Below, in pieces: positions 18,441-26,534 of a stretch of DNA of 29,586 bases. The stretch is from Candidatus Iainarchaeum sp. (lineage in GTDB: Archaea > Iainarchaeota > Iainarchaeia > Iainarchaeales > DTGL01). The notes beneath the pieces were generated by a model. The model searched no databases. It was given only the letters and a program-made list of their open reading frames with translations, and was not told the origin of the DNA. The DNA lies in assembly GCA_026413945.1 (NCBI GenBank), contig JAOAJX010000005.1:65247-94832 (forward strand). The letters run 5' to 3'. A program made the position numbers and the translations under genes. Numbering within the stretch: position 1 is the first letter of the stretch; every line of letters begins with the position of its first letter.

Positions 18441-19565
18441 CTAACCCCCTTTTTCAAGTACAAGTATGCTTTCCCTGGTTTTTCCAACAAGCTCTATGCG
18501 ATTGCGCATACATGGAACTTTTCTTGCAAAAATCCTGTCAAGCTTTGTGAAGCCGGAATCTTCGGCAATGGTTTCAATAACTTCGTCTGACTCAACAATT
18601 AAATCTGGCAAACAACCCCCAGCAACAACAAGAAAGGCTAAGCCGCCTTTTTGCAATGATTGATACATTTTTTCAATAGCTTTCTTCATATCAGAAAAAT
18701 AGGCCAACGCTTCATTTGGCAGGTCTTTGTGCATCTCCGACAAACTAAAATTTTCGGCCTGATTTTTTGAAACATCTGATCCAATGTAAGTATGCAAACA
18801 AGGGGTGGGTTGATCAAGAAAAAGACCAAGTTCTAGCTTATAGACTTTAGCGTATTCCTCTTTCCCGAGATAAGGCGGCGATGTAATTATTGATTGCACT
18901 TTTTTCTTCAATTGGTAAAAACGTGCATCAGCTTCTTTAATAATGGGCTCAGGCCCAATTGCCTGATGGCTTTCTAAATCTCTTATCATGCTTTCTGCCT
19001 TCCTACGGAAAATTTTTTTTAATGGAAAAAAACTTCTTTTTATCCTTCGTAAGCTCCTACCTTGCTTTTTGACCAAAGCAACTTTTGAGGCAGAATCAAT
19101 AAGTGCAAGCATCAGAAAATCGCGTGCTCTTTCATCTTTCAATTCTTTTATGTTTTGTTTAATATTGCAAATATCACCTATATTTTCCTTGTGAAAGTAC
19201 CTCCTGAAAATTTTTTGGGCTTTAGCATAGCGCTCCTTTTTGACACAAAAATCAAGAAAAAACCTTAATTTTTTAGTATCATAGTTTCTAGTTTTTGCTT
19301 TGCTAACAAGGACTGCTAATGGTGAAATATCTATTCCATAAGATTTAATATTTCTTTGTTTTGCTGTAAGCAAAGTAGTGCCACAGCCACAAAAAGGATC
19401 ATAGATTGGGCCTCTTAACATGAACTCTTGAATAAACCAGTCAACAAGCTCCTTTGAGAAGCCTTCCTTATAATAGAACCAATTGTGTATTGGGTGCTCA
19501 AAATTTTTCTTGAAAGTAACCCAGTCAGCAATTTCTTTTGGTGCACGCAAAGACATCCTTCTCAT
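18441..19565 (-). CDS. Orphan amino (probably N4-cytosine) DNA methyltransferase
   Basis: HNWFYYKEGFS, SAM-binding motif I DPFCGCGTT, and C-terminal motif IV IITSPPY. No nuclease gene is adjacent. Confidence 0.88.
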   Translation of the reverse strand: MRRMSLRAPKEIADWVTFKKNFEHPIHNWFYYKEGFSKELVDWFIQEFMLRGPIYDPFCGCGTTLLTAKQRNIKSYGIDISPLAVLVSKAKTRNYDTKKLRFFLDFCVKKERYAKAQKIFRRYFHKENIGDICNIKQNIKELKDERARDFLMLALIDSASKVALVKKQGRSLRRIKRSFFPLKKIFRRKAESMIRDLESHQAIGPEPIIKEADARFYQLKKKVQSIITSPPYLGKEEYAKVYKLELGLFLDQPTPCLHTYIGSDVSKNQAENFSLSEMHKDLPNEALAYFSDMKKAIEKMYQSLQKGGLAFLVVAGGCLPDLIVESDEVIETIAEDSGFTKLDRIFARKVPCMRNRIELVGKTRESILVLEKGG

Positions 19566-19661
19566 AAAAATACCTTGTAAGATCAATGTTAAAATTTTTC
19601 CTCATAGAGACACAATAATAATTTTTTATTTGTTGTGATGCTAAATTATTTTGGTGATTAA

Positions 19662-20567
19662 TTGAAAGCAAAAATCTTAGCACTAACTTTGTTTTTAGTA
19701 ATTCTTTTAGCTAAATTGTCAACTGGTGCAGATGAGCCACAAGAGGTGGAAGTTGGAATATATATCTTGAATATTGGCAAGTTTGAAGTAAGTACTGGCT
19801 CATACACAGTTGACTTCTATCTCTCGATGAAATGTAGAGACGCATGTGATCCTAGCAATTTTGAGTTTATGAATGGTCGTGCAACTTCTATAGATAAACT
19901 CATCGATGAACCAAATGAAAAGTTTTATCGTATTCAAGCATCTCTTGCAGAAAATATAGACCTTAAAAAATATCCTTTTGATGAACACTTTTTGACAATA
20001 CAATTAGAAGATAAGAGAAACAAATCTGATAAATTGGTTTATGTGCCAGACAAAAAATCAGCCGGGGTTGATCCATCTGTAGTTATAGTTGGATGGGATT
20101 TGCTTGGCTATGAGCAAGAAGTAGCTGAACATTTTTATGAACCATATGAAGAGACTTACTCAAGGTTTATATTCAAAATTCACATAAGGAGAATACTGCT
20201 TGCCGCAATAATCAAGACGTTCCTCCCAGTAATATTCATTGTAATAGCAGGTCTGCTTGCGCTGCTTATACACGAGCAAGACAAACTATGGACAAGGATT
20301 GGCATAAACACCTCTTCCCTCATTGCTTCTGTAATGTTTCATCTTAATGTCACCTCTAGCATACCGCCAGTTGGCTACCTGACATTTGCTGACAAATTCA
20401 TGATATCAACTTATTCAATATTACTGCTGAGCTTGTTTAGTACAGTGATGATGATGCGTCATGCAAAACGCAAAGACGACGTAACGTATAATAGAATCTA
20501 TCTCGTTGCTTTGTATTGCATTCCAGTATTGGCAGTGTTTCTATATGGCCTTGTAATACTCATATAA
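19662..20567 (+). CDS. Pentameric ligand-gated ion channel (Pro-loop/Cys-loop superfamily, GLIC/ELIC-like)
   Basis: Signal peptide; beta1-2 VEVGIYILNIGKFEVSTGSYTVDFYL; Pro-loop DLKKYPFD; GW; pre-M1 IRR; M1 proline (FLP); M2 RIGINTSSLIA; M2-M3 loop IPPVGYLTFADKF; M4. TTG start with GGTGA RBS. Confidence 0.93.
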   Translation: MKAKILALTLFLVILLAKLSTGADEPQEVEVGIYILNIGKFEVSTGSYTVDFYLSMKCRDACDPSNFEFMNGRATSIDKLIDEPNEKFYRIQASLAENIDLKKYPFDEHFLTIQLEDKRNKSDKLVYVPDKKSAGVDPSVVIVGWDLLGYEQEVAEHFYEPYEETYSRFIFKIHIRRILLAAIIKTFLPVIFIVIAGLLALLIHEQDKLWTRIGINTSSLIASVMFHLNVTSSIPPVGYLTFADKFMISTYSILLLSLFSTVMMMRHAKRKDDVTYNRIYLVALYCIPVLAVFLYGLVILI

Positions 20568-20593
20568 AAAAGAGAGGGTATAGCAAATTGAAC

Positions 20594-21400
20594 TTACTCT
20601 AAAAGCTTTTTCGCAATGTCAACAAACTTGACATTTATTTGCTTAAGAAGCTCCGAAGGCACAGTGTATACTACTGTTTTACTTTTCTCAGTGCTTAAAG
20701 AGTGTATAACTTGCAAAGTCCTTAGGTGCATTCCACCTTTCACACTTGCAAGCTCCATCGCAGCCTTTTTGAGATTCTGTGCTGCTTCAAGCTCACCCTG
20801 AGCTCTTAATATAATGGCCCTTTTTTCCCTTTCAGCTTCCGCTTCTTTTGAAATAACCCTTACGAGGCTTTCAGGTAAAATTATTTCTTTAAGGTCAACA
20901 GATTCAACTTTTATGCCCCAAGGGTCTGTAACTCTGTCAAGTATTTCTCCTATTCTTTTTGCTATTTTATCTCTCTGTGTCAAAAGCTCATCAAGATTTA
21001 CCTCACCTATTGCTTCACGCATCGTTGTCTGTGCAAGCTGACTTACAGCATAATGATACTGCTTTATCTCAAGTATGGCAAGTATGGGGTTGCTTACTCT
21101 GTAATATACCACAGCATTTATTACCGCAGACACATTGTCTTTTGTCATTGTATCTTGCCTAGGCACATCTATTACGCGAGTTCTTATATCAACCCTTTCC
21201 CAAGATTGTATTATTGGAAAAACTATGTTAAGGCCAGGTTCCATTATTCCACTATACTTACCAAAAGTAAATCTAACTCCTCTTTCGTATTGATGTACAA
21301 TTTTTATTGATACCAAAATGATTATTACCATAATTGGAACGCCAAAAAACAACAGACTGCCAAAAATTAAAACCCAAAATGGAGTTTGAAGAAGAAGCAT
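20594..21400 (-). CDS. SPFH/band 7 (stomatin/slipin) membrane protein, copy 2
   Basis: QYERGVRFTFG, PGL, TKDNVS, LAQTTMR, DPWGIKV and AEAEREKRA motifs. Confidence 0.95.
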   Translation of the reverse strand: MLLLQTPFWVLIFGSLLFFGVPIMVIIILVSIKIVHQYERGVRFTFGKYSGIMEPGLNIVFPIIQSWERVDIRTRVIDVPRQDTMTKDNVSAVINAVVYYRVSNPILAILEIKQYHYAVSQLAQTTMREAIGEVNLDELLTQRDKIAKRIGEILDRVTDPWGIKVESVDLKEIILPESLVRVISKEAEAEREKRAIILRAQGELEAAQNLKKAAMELASVKGGMHLRTLQVIHSLSTEKSKTVVYTVPSELLKQINVKFVDIAKKLLE

Positions 21401-22245
21401 CAGTGACTCACCTTCTTTTCCTTGCTCTTGTGCTCAGGATAGCCTTCTATTGCCCTTAAGTTGTCGAGAGGCACAAAGAATATTACCTCGTTTGATGGAT
21501 CTGATGAAATGCTTCCAAGTTCCTGTAGTGTTCTCAGATTAAGTCCGCCCTCAACTTCATTAAGCGTTTGTGCTGCTTTTGCTATAATCTCCGAAGCTGC
21601 GGCTTCACCACTCGCTTTTATTATTGCCGCCCTTTTGAGCCTTTCAGCCTCTGCAGCCTTTGCCATAATATTTTTCATTGATTCTGGTAGCTCAATATGT
21701 TTTAACTCTACAGAAAGCACTTCAATGCCCCAAGGATCAGATGCCTTATCCACTAGCATTTGAATCTTTTTTGAAACTTCATCCCTGTTGCTTAAAACTT
21801 CATCTAAGGTCATCTCGCCTATAACATCACGCATTGTTGTCTGTGCAAGCTGGCTTACTGCATAGTGGTAGTTTTCAACCACTAATACTGCCTTTTCAGC
21901 CTGCTCTTTCCTTATTCTATAGTACAATACTGCATCAACACTTATAGAAACATTATCTTTGGTTATGGGCGTCTGTTCTGGCACATCAACGACATCAACG
22001 CGTAAATCAACTATTGTTGTCCACTGAATCAAGGGCAATATTACATTAAGACCAGGTTGCAAAATGCCGGAATATTTTCCAAGTGTAAAAAGAATGCCAC
22101 GCTGATACTCATACACAATCCTCACTGACATCAAAAGCAATAATAAGAGAACGAAACCCATAAAGAAGAAGAGCTCTGGTGCAATAAACAAACTTAGGAA
22201 AGTCAAAAAAGCATAAAGTAAAAGCACCCAACCCCATAAACGCAT
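21400..22245 (-). CDS. SPFH/band 7 (stomatin/slipin) membrane protein, copy 1
   Basis: EYQRGILFTLG, PGL, ITKDNVS, LAQTTMR, DPWGIEV and AEAER motifs. Its stop overlaps the next start (TGATG). Confidence 0.95.
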   Translation of the reverse strand: MRLWGWVLLLYAFLTFLSLFIAPELFFFMGFVLLLLLLMSVRIVYEYQRGILFTLGKYSGILQPGLNVILPLIQWTTIVDLRVDVVDVPEQTPITKDNVSISVDAVLYYRIRKEQAEKAVLVVENYHYAVSQLAQTTMRDVIGEMTLDEVLSNRDEVSKKIQMLVDKASDPWGIEVLSVELKHIELPESMKNIMAKAAEAERLKRAAIIKASGEAAASEIIAKAAQTLNEVEGGLNLRTLQELGSISSDPSNEVIFFVPLDNLRAIEGYPEHKSKEKKVSH

Positions 22246-22314
22246 GTTAAATAAAAATGTATAAAATTATTTAAAACTACTGCTTAATCAAAAATGTAAT
22301 TAAAATAAGTTAAA

Positions 22315-22428
22315 TCCCGCCTCCCGGATTTGCACCGGGGATCTTCCGGTAACAGCCCCTGCCTTAACAAGGCAAGCTGTTGCTACCAAGCCTACAGCCG
22401 GACGCATTAGCTACTATGCAAAGGCGGG
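22315..22428 (-). tRNA. tRNA-Tyr(GTA) with a 41-nt intron at position 37/38 (intron 22351-22391)
   Basis: Acceptor CCCGCCT/AGGCGGG-A with the archaeal Tyr C1:G72 and A73; D stem GCAT/ATGC; anticodon stem TCCGG/CCGGA with loop CT-GTA-G|intron|A; T stem CCCGG/CCGGG. CCA is not encoded. Confidence 0.92.
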
Positions 22429-22453
22429 ATAAAATAATTATTGAACAAGCAAG

Positions 22454-22885
22454 CTATTTAACCTTTTTGCTGAGCTTCCTAGCAAGCTTCAAAGAAGGCA
22501 ACTCCGCTTCATAGTAATCAATTTTCAGGCCAGCTTTTTGCAAAAAGTATCTTACTGCAAAAATGCTTGCTAACTCTTCAAGTACTTTTAGTGAATTGTT
22601 ATCATACGCAGCTCTGTTCTTTATCGAATCTTTTATCGCCTTTTTAAGAGCTTGATTTTCAAGAAGCTTTGTAGCTTCGCACGCACATGAATCAACAGCA
22701 TTTTTTATGATGCTGAAATCTATATCTTTGGAAAGAAAATCCTCTGATTTTTTATTTACACTCATATTTAATGAAATTAAAAACTCGGCAACCTCGCGAG
22801 GTTGCATATCTTTCTCAATTTTCAGTTTTTTAACACAAGACCAATTATCGAGATTTGCTATTAATTGTACACCTTCAGCCCCCAT
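22454..22885 (-). CDS. DUF2666-like archaeal protein
   Basis: N-terminus VQLIANLDNWSCVKKLKIE..PREVAEFLISL matches my recollection of the DUF2666 consensus; GAGGTG RBS. Confidence 0.65.
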   Translation of the reverse strand: MGAEGVQLIANLDNWSCVKKLKIEKDMQPREVAEFLISLNMSVNKKSEDFLSKDIDFSIIKNAVDSCACEATKLLENQALKKAIKDSIKNRAAYDNNSLKVLEELASIFAVRYFLQKAGLKIDYYEAELPSLKLARKLSKKVK

Positions 22886-22894
22886 AAAAACACC

Positions 22895-23455
22895 TCACTC
22901 CTTTAGCAAAAGTTTTTCGATTACTTCTTCAGTATTAACTTCAGTATTTATACACCCAGCTCTCGAAAGCAGCACAGCCTGTGGTGCAACTCCAATATCT
23001 TTAAGGACATCAAACGCAATCATAGCCTCTTTATAACAGCACACACCAAGAACTGCCTTTGGCTTATATCTGTTAACTAGCTCAAGCACAATGCTTCCAC
23101 CCGGACAAACAAAAATGCCCTTGTAGCCAAGCTCTTTAGCTATCGCTTTTATTGAACCAATTTTGCATTCATTGCAGCACACACATTGCAGACCTTCCGA
23201 ATCATAAATTGCTTTGCATCTTGTGGCATTTCTCATGCAATGCGGCAAGAACAGAAGGCGTTCGTTGTAAGGCACTTTTTTATATGCTATTTCATTCATC
23301 TTATTTCTAAATTCAATGTGTGTATACTCAACCCACCTTTCACTCAGCCCGAGCTTTTTTGCTATTTTTTCAGTTGCTTTCGCAATGTTTAGGTGCGTTC
23401 CAGTATCAAAAGCTTTTGATACGGCTTCTTTTATTTTTTCAACTGTATTTTCCAC
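22895..23455 (-). CDS. DUF116 family Cys-rich protein
   Basis: RLLFLPHCMR..C, C..C..C, PGGS and AVLGVCC..E..GCINT motifs. True start is probably GTG23455 after GGAAGG, because the ORF-track extension runs through tRNA-Thr. Confidence 0.88.
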   Translation of the reverse strand: MENTVEKIKEAVSKAFDTGTHLNIAKATEKIAKKLGLSERWVEYTHIEFRNKMNEIAYKKVPYNERLLFLPHCMRNATRCKAIYDSEGLQCVCCNECKIGSIKAIAKELGYKGIFVCPGGSIVLELVNRYKPKAVLGVCCYKEAMIAFDVLKDIGVAPQAVLLSRAGCINTEVNTEEVIEKLLLKE

Positions 23456-23469
23456 AGAAAAACCTTCCA

Positions 23470-23541
23470 AGCCTCGGGTGGGATTCGAACCCACGATCTG
23501 CTGATTACAAGTCAGCTGCATTGCCGCTATGCTACCGAGGC
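23470..23541 (-). tRNA. tRNA-Thr(TGT)
   Basis: GCCTCGG/CCGAGGC-T acceptor, GCAT/ATGC D stem, GCTGA-CTTGTAA-TCAGC anticodon arm, GTGGG-TTCGAAT-CCCAC T arm. TTTATAA box lies about 26 nt upstream. Confidence 0.97.
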
Positions 23542-23584
23542 AGCATAATAGTAATATTTTGAAGGTGTTATAAATTTTTTGCCT

Positions 23585-24325
23585 TTAAGGGTTTGCAATA
23601 TTAATAATTTTAACAGCCTCTATGTATGCCTTTTCCCGATTTTCGGCATTTAATGAGCGTAAAAACCTTGAAGCTAAGTCTTTGACATATAAAGAAAAGA
23701 TTTCGTTTACCTTGGTATTAACTTCTTCTGTTTTAAGGCCGTATTCATCACGAAAACTATCAAGAAAGGCTTTGCTAATCTCAAACCTTTTAGGTTTCTT
23801 CAGCAGAGCTTCAGCAAATTCAAGGGCTTTATTCTGCGTGTTTAAATCAGGCATTTCAGGTATTTGCTCTTCAGCAACGAGATTTACTATAAGAATATAG
23901 TGCATCACTAAACTGTAAGAGATTTCATTCCTGTAAAGCTCTTTTGCTTCCTCAGCAGAGTTAGTTGCAGCAAGATTTTCATAATTCCTTTTTTCAGCTT
24001 CGCCAATCCACAGAACATCATCCATGAATGATAAGTAAAAATTGAAGGTTAAAACCTCTTCGGGATCCTCAAAATTTACGTCCGACTCTCGTGGTGCCGA
24101 CTCTTTTGATTCATTTATTACTTTTTGCATATCAGCATGAATTTTTGCCCCAAAATTTTTGTAATAGCTGATATCTTCTGCTTTAGTGCTCTTTTTTTCA
24201 AAAAAACCCTGTGCAAACAAGAGAATAACAAATATAGCTAAAAAAACAAAAGAAGCAATCACAAAAAAAATGATGAAGTTCTTTTGTTTTCCACAGTCTG
24301 CTTTTTTTGCTCTATTTATTGGCAT
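23585..24325 (-). CDS. Membrane-anchored hypothetical protein
   Basis: Basic N-terminus, one long hydrophobic segment, then an acidic helical region; no family recognised. Confidence 0.75.
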   Translation of the reverse strand: MPINRAKKADCGKQKNFIIFFVIASFVFLAIFVILLFAQGFFEKKSTKAEDISYYKNFGAKIHADMQKVINESKESAPRESDVNFEDPEEVLTFNFYLSFMDDVLWIGEAEKRNYENLAATNSAEEAKELYRNEISYSLVMHYILIVNLVAEEQIPEMPDLNTQNKALEFAEALLKKPKRFEISKAFLDSFRDEYGLKTEEVNTKVNEIFSLYVKDLASRFLRSLNAENREKAYIEAVKIINIANP

Positions 24326-24374
24326 AAAATACACTAACAAATATTAAAATGCAAAAGTAAAATAAAAGGGGCTT

Positions 24375-24773
24375 TTACTTCCCCTTTCCGGTTTTAATGC
24401 CTTCAGGTGTACTCGCGATCTTGTAAACCTCAGTCAATGCAGCTATAAGCGCTGCAGGAGCGACAAAGGCTGCAATATGGTTTGTTATATTCACAATTAC
24501 TTTTCCCAAGTTTGGCAATAGCAAGTCCAAGCTATTACTTATCTTCTCCTTATCTGAAGTAGCGCTGTTTATAGAAAGCAAAGCGATGGCGGCAATTAGA
24601 AATGCGGTTATCTCTTTGTCACTCACATTCATAAACCCGACTATAAGACCTAGTATTACAAGCACTACAATAATCCAGCCCGGCTCAGCCATGCCGAGGC
24701 CGCTCATAGTTCCACCTAATAAGGCAATAAGTACCCCTGCTATAAAAGCGAAACCACCAATTTTTTGGTCCAT
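24375..24773 (-). CDS. Small polytopic membrane protein (about 4 TM)
   Basis: Four hydrophobic segments (AFIAGVLIALLGG, LVILGLIVGFMN, FLIAAIAL, FVAPAALIAAL); GGGGTGTGA upstream. Confidence 0.85.
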   Translation of the reverse strand: MDQKIGGFAFIAGVLIALLGGTMSGLGMAEPGWIIVVLVILGLIVGFMNVSDKEITAFLIAAIALLSINSATSDKEKISNSLDLLLPNLGKVIVNITNHIAAFVAPAALIAALTEVYKIASTPEGIKTGKGK

Positions 24774-24863
24774 TATTCACACCCCCATATGCTGTTCTAT
24801 AAGTTATGTTTAATTTAATAATGACTAACTACTTTATAAATATTCTGTTTTAAAATTTCTTTC

Positions 24864-25349
24864 GTGAAAATACAGCTTTCAAAGCTTGAAAGAGTTGGAA
24901 AAGCGTTTGTTCATCCATTGGCTTTCATAGAGGGTGATGTTTCGCTTGGGAGAAACTCAAGCATCTGGCCTTTCGCTGTCTTGCGCGCAGATGAAGGAAG
25001 CATATCAATAGGTAAAAACACGAGCATACAAGATAATTGCGTACTGCATGGAAAGGTAAAGATCGGTGAAAATGTAACAGTTGGACATGCTGCTGTAATC
25101 CATAATGCCACCATTGGCTCAAATGTTCTTATAGGGATGAACAGCACAATACTTGATAATGCAAAAATCGGCTCTTGGTCAATAATAGCGGCAGGCTCTT
25201 TGGTTAAGGCAAATTCACTGCTAAAAGGTGGTTTTCTATACGCCGGCGTTCCGGCTGAGATGAAAAGAGCTATTACAACTGAAGATAGGGAACTAATTGT
25301 TAAATCATATCAGGAGTACCTAAAAAAGATAAGTGAAAGAACTAAATGA
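24864..25349 (+). CDS. Gamma carbonic anhydrase family (YrdA-like) left-handed beta-helix protein
   Basis: Hexapeptide repeats, LRAD, IQDNCVLH and TVGHAAVIH (three His metal ligands), IGMNS, GVPA. Confidence 0.93.
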   Translation: MKIQLSKLERVGKAFVHPLAFIEGDVSLGRNSSIWPFAVLRADEGSISIGKNTSIQDNCVLHGKVKIGENVTVGHAAVIHNATIGSNVLIGMNSTILDNAKIGSWSIIAAGSLVKANSLLKGGFLYAGVPAEMKRAITTEDRELIVKSYQEYLKKISERTK

Positions 25350-25356
25350 CAATACC

Positions 25357-26061
25357 TTATAAACTTTTGGCTCTCTTTAGGAGATCAATGCAAAGAGTTG
25401 AAGCTTCTTCTATGCTTTTATGCCAAACAAAAATACCATCTTTATGCCCAAGCGTAACAATCGTGCCAATCTCAGGGTAACCGATGCGTTTTATTGCTTT
25501 CTTTATTTCAATAGCAAGATCAACGCTTCCATAAGTTGCCCTTTCACTTATGTGATCCAAACTTAGCTTATCAGCTTTTTCAAAAATTTCTTTATTGTGT
25601 ATATGCACTACTGCACCTATGCGCGGATTTGTAGAATAAATTGCCCCATGCGTTAGAGACTCACTGCTAGGCGCTATGGAACCAAGAGCTTTAACAAAAT
25701 TTTTGTTTATATTAAATGACTCAATAAAGCAGTATTTATCAGGAGCAAGCTTTTTTATACTGCCTGTCTGCGAACCTGTTATAAAGAATCCTCTTTTGCC
25801 TCGAAAATTAGCCCGCATACTAATATTTCCATAAGCGATGCCTTTCATAAGTCCTTTGTTATAAACCCCAATAAGCCCAATATCAAAAAGCTTGTCACGC
25901 CAGAACACAAGGTTTGAAATCCTCCCCAAAGGCATTTTTGCTGCATTGAGGGAGTAAGAGAATTTAACTACTCCTTCTGTAAAATCTTTTTTTAATTGCT
26001 TTTCCTCTTTCTCATCTTGAGCAAGTTGGCACCTAAAATTTCTATTTGTTTTTTCAAGCAT
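25357..26061 (-). CDS. Class II aldolase/adducin family protein
   Basis: GNISMR, FFITGS, PSSESLTH, AVVHIH and GH motifs (Zn-binding His set); substrate unknown. Confidence 0.88.
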   Translation of the reverse strand: MLEKTNRNFRCQLAQDEKEEKQLKKDFTEGVVKFSYSLNAAKMPLGRISNLVFWRDKLFDIGLIGVYNKGLMKGIAYGNISMRANFRGKRGFFITGSQTGSIKKLAPDKYCFIESFNINKNFVKALGSIAPSSESLTHGAIYSTNPRIGAVVHIHNKEIFEKADKLSLDHISERATYGSVDLAIEIKKAIKRIGYPEIGTIVTLGHKDGIFVWHKSIEEASTLCIDLLKRAKSL

Positions 26062-26069
26062 AAGAACCT

Positions 26070-26456
26070 TTAAATCAATTTCTGCGCTTCACTGATGCTT
26101 CTCAGCAATTCTGCATGTTTTTTTGTGTTTTTTTTGATTTGGCTTTTAGTGAATGAAATCTCCCTTGCCCAAAGCTCCACTTCTTTGCTAATCCTTAAAA
26201 TTTCTTTTTCTGGCCCGCCTTTTGATTTTTTAAGAGCCTCCTTGGCGGAAATAAGTTCTTTTTCTAGATCAGCAAGTCTTTTATGCATTTCCCGCAATTT
26301 TTTGCCCAAAGACGCAGCTTCGGCTTCTGCACGAGCGATTCTTGCCTTCACGATTTCTTTTGACATTTTAAGCCTGCGCTTGGCACCCTCAACCCTCTCG
26401 GCTTTCCTCTTCGTTCCCCTTATTGCGCTCCTCAACCTTGCCCCGGCAAACGGCAT
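26070..26456 (-). CDS. Basic coiled-coil hypothetical protein
   Basis: K/R/E/A-rich heptad pattern, GGAGGT RBS, co-oriented with its neighbours. Confidence 0.8.
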   Translation of the reverse strand: MPFAGARLRSAIRGTKRKAERVEGAKRRLKMSKEIVKARIARAEAEAASLGKKLREMHKRLADLEKELISAKEALKKSKGGPEKEILRISKEVELWAREISFTKSQIKKNTKKHAELLRSISEAQKLI

Positions 26457-26534
26457 CTTAATACCTCCATGGCCAATAGCCTTATTTATGTGATGCGTTT
26501 CGTTATTAATAATTTTTTCGTATATCTCAAAAGC

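Noticed and set aside
22345-22360. Reading the intron tRNA as Asn(GTT) from GGCTGTTACCGG
   Set aside because: C1:G72 and A73 are Tyr identity elements, and the GTT reading does not give a 7-nt anticodon loop.
23456-23521. ORF-track N-terminus of DUF116 (MQLTCNQQIVGSNPTRG)
   Set aside because: It is a translation of tRNA-Thr.
26095-26493. 132-aa + strand ORF
   Set aside because: Antisense to the coiled-coil gene, which has a clear RBS.
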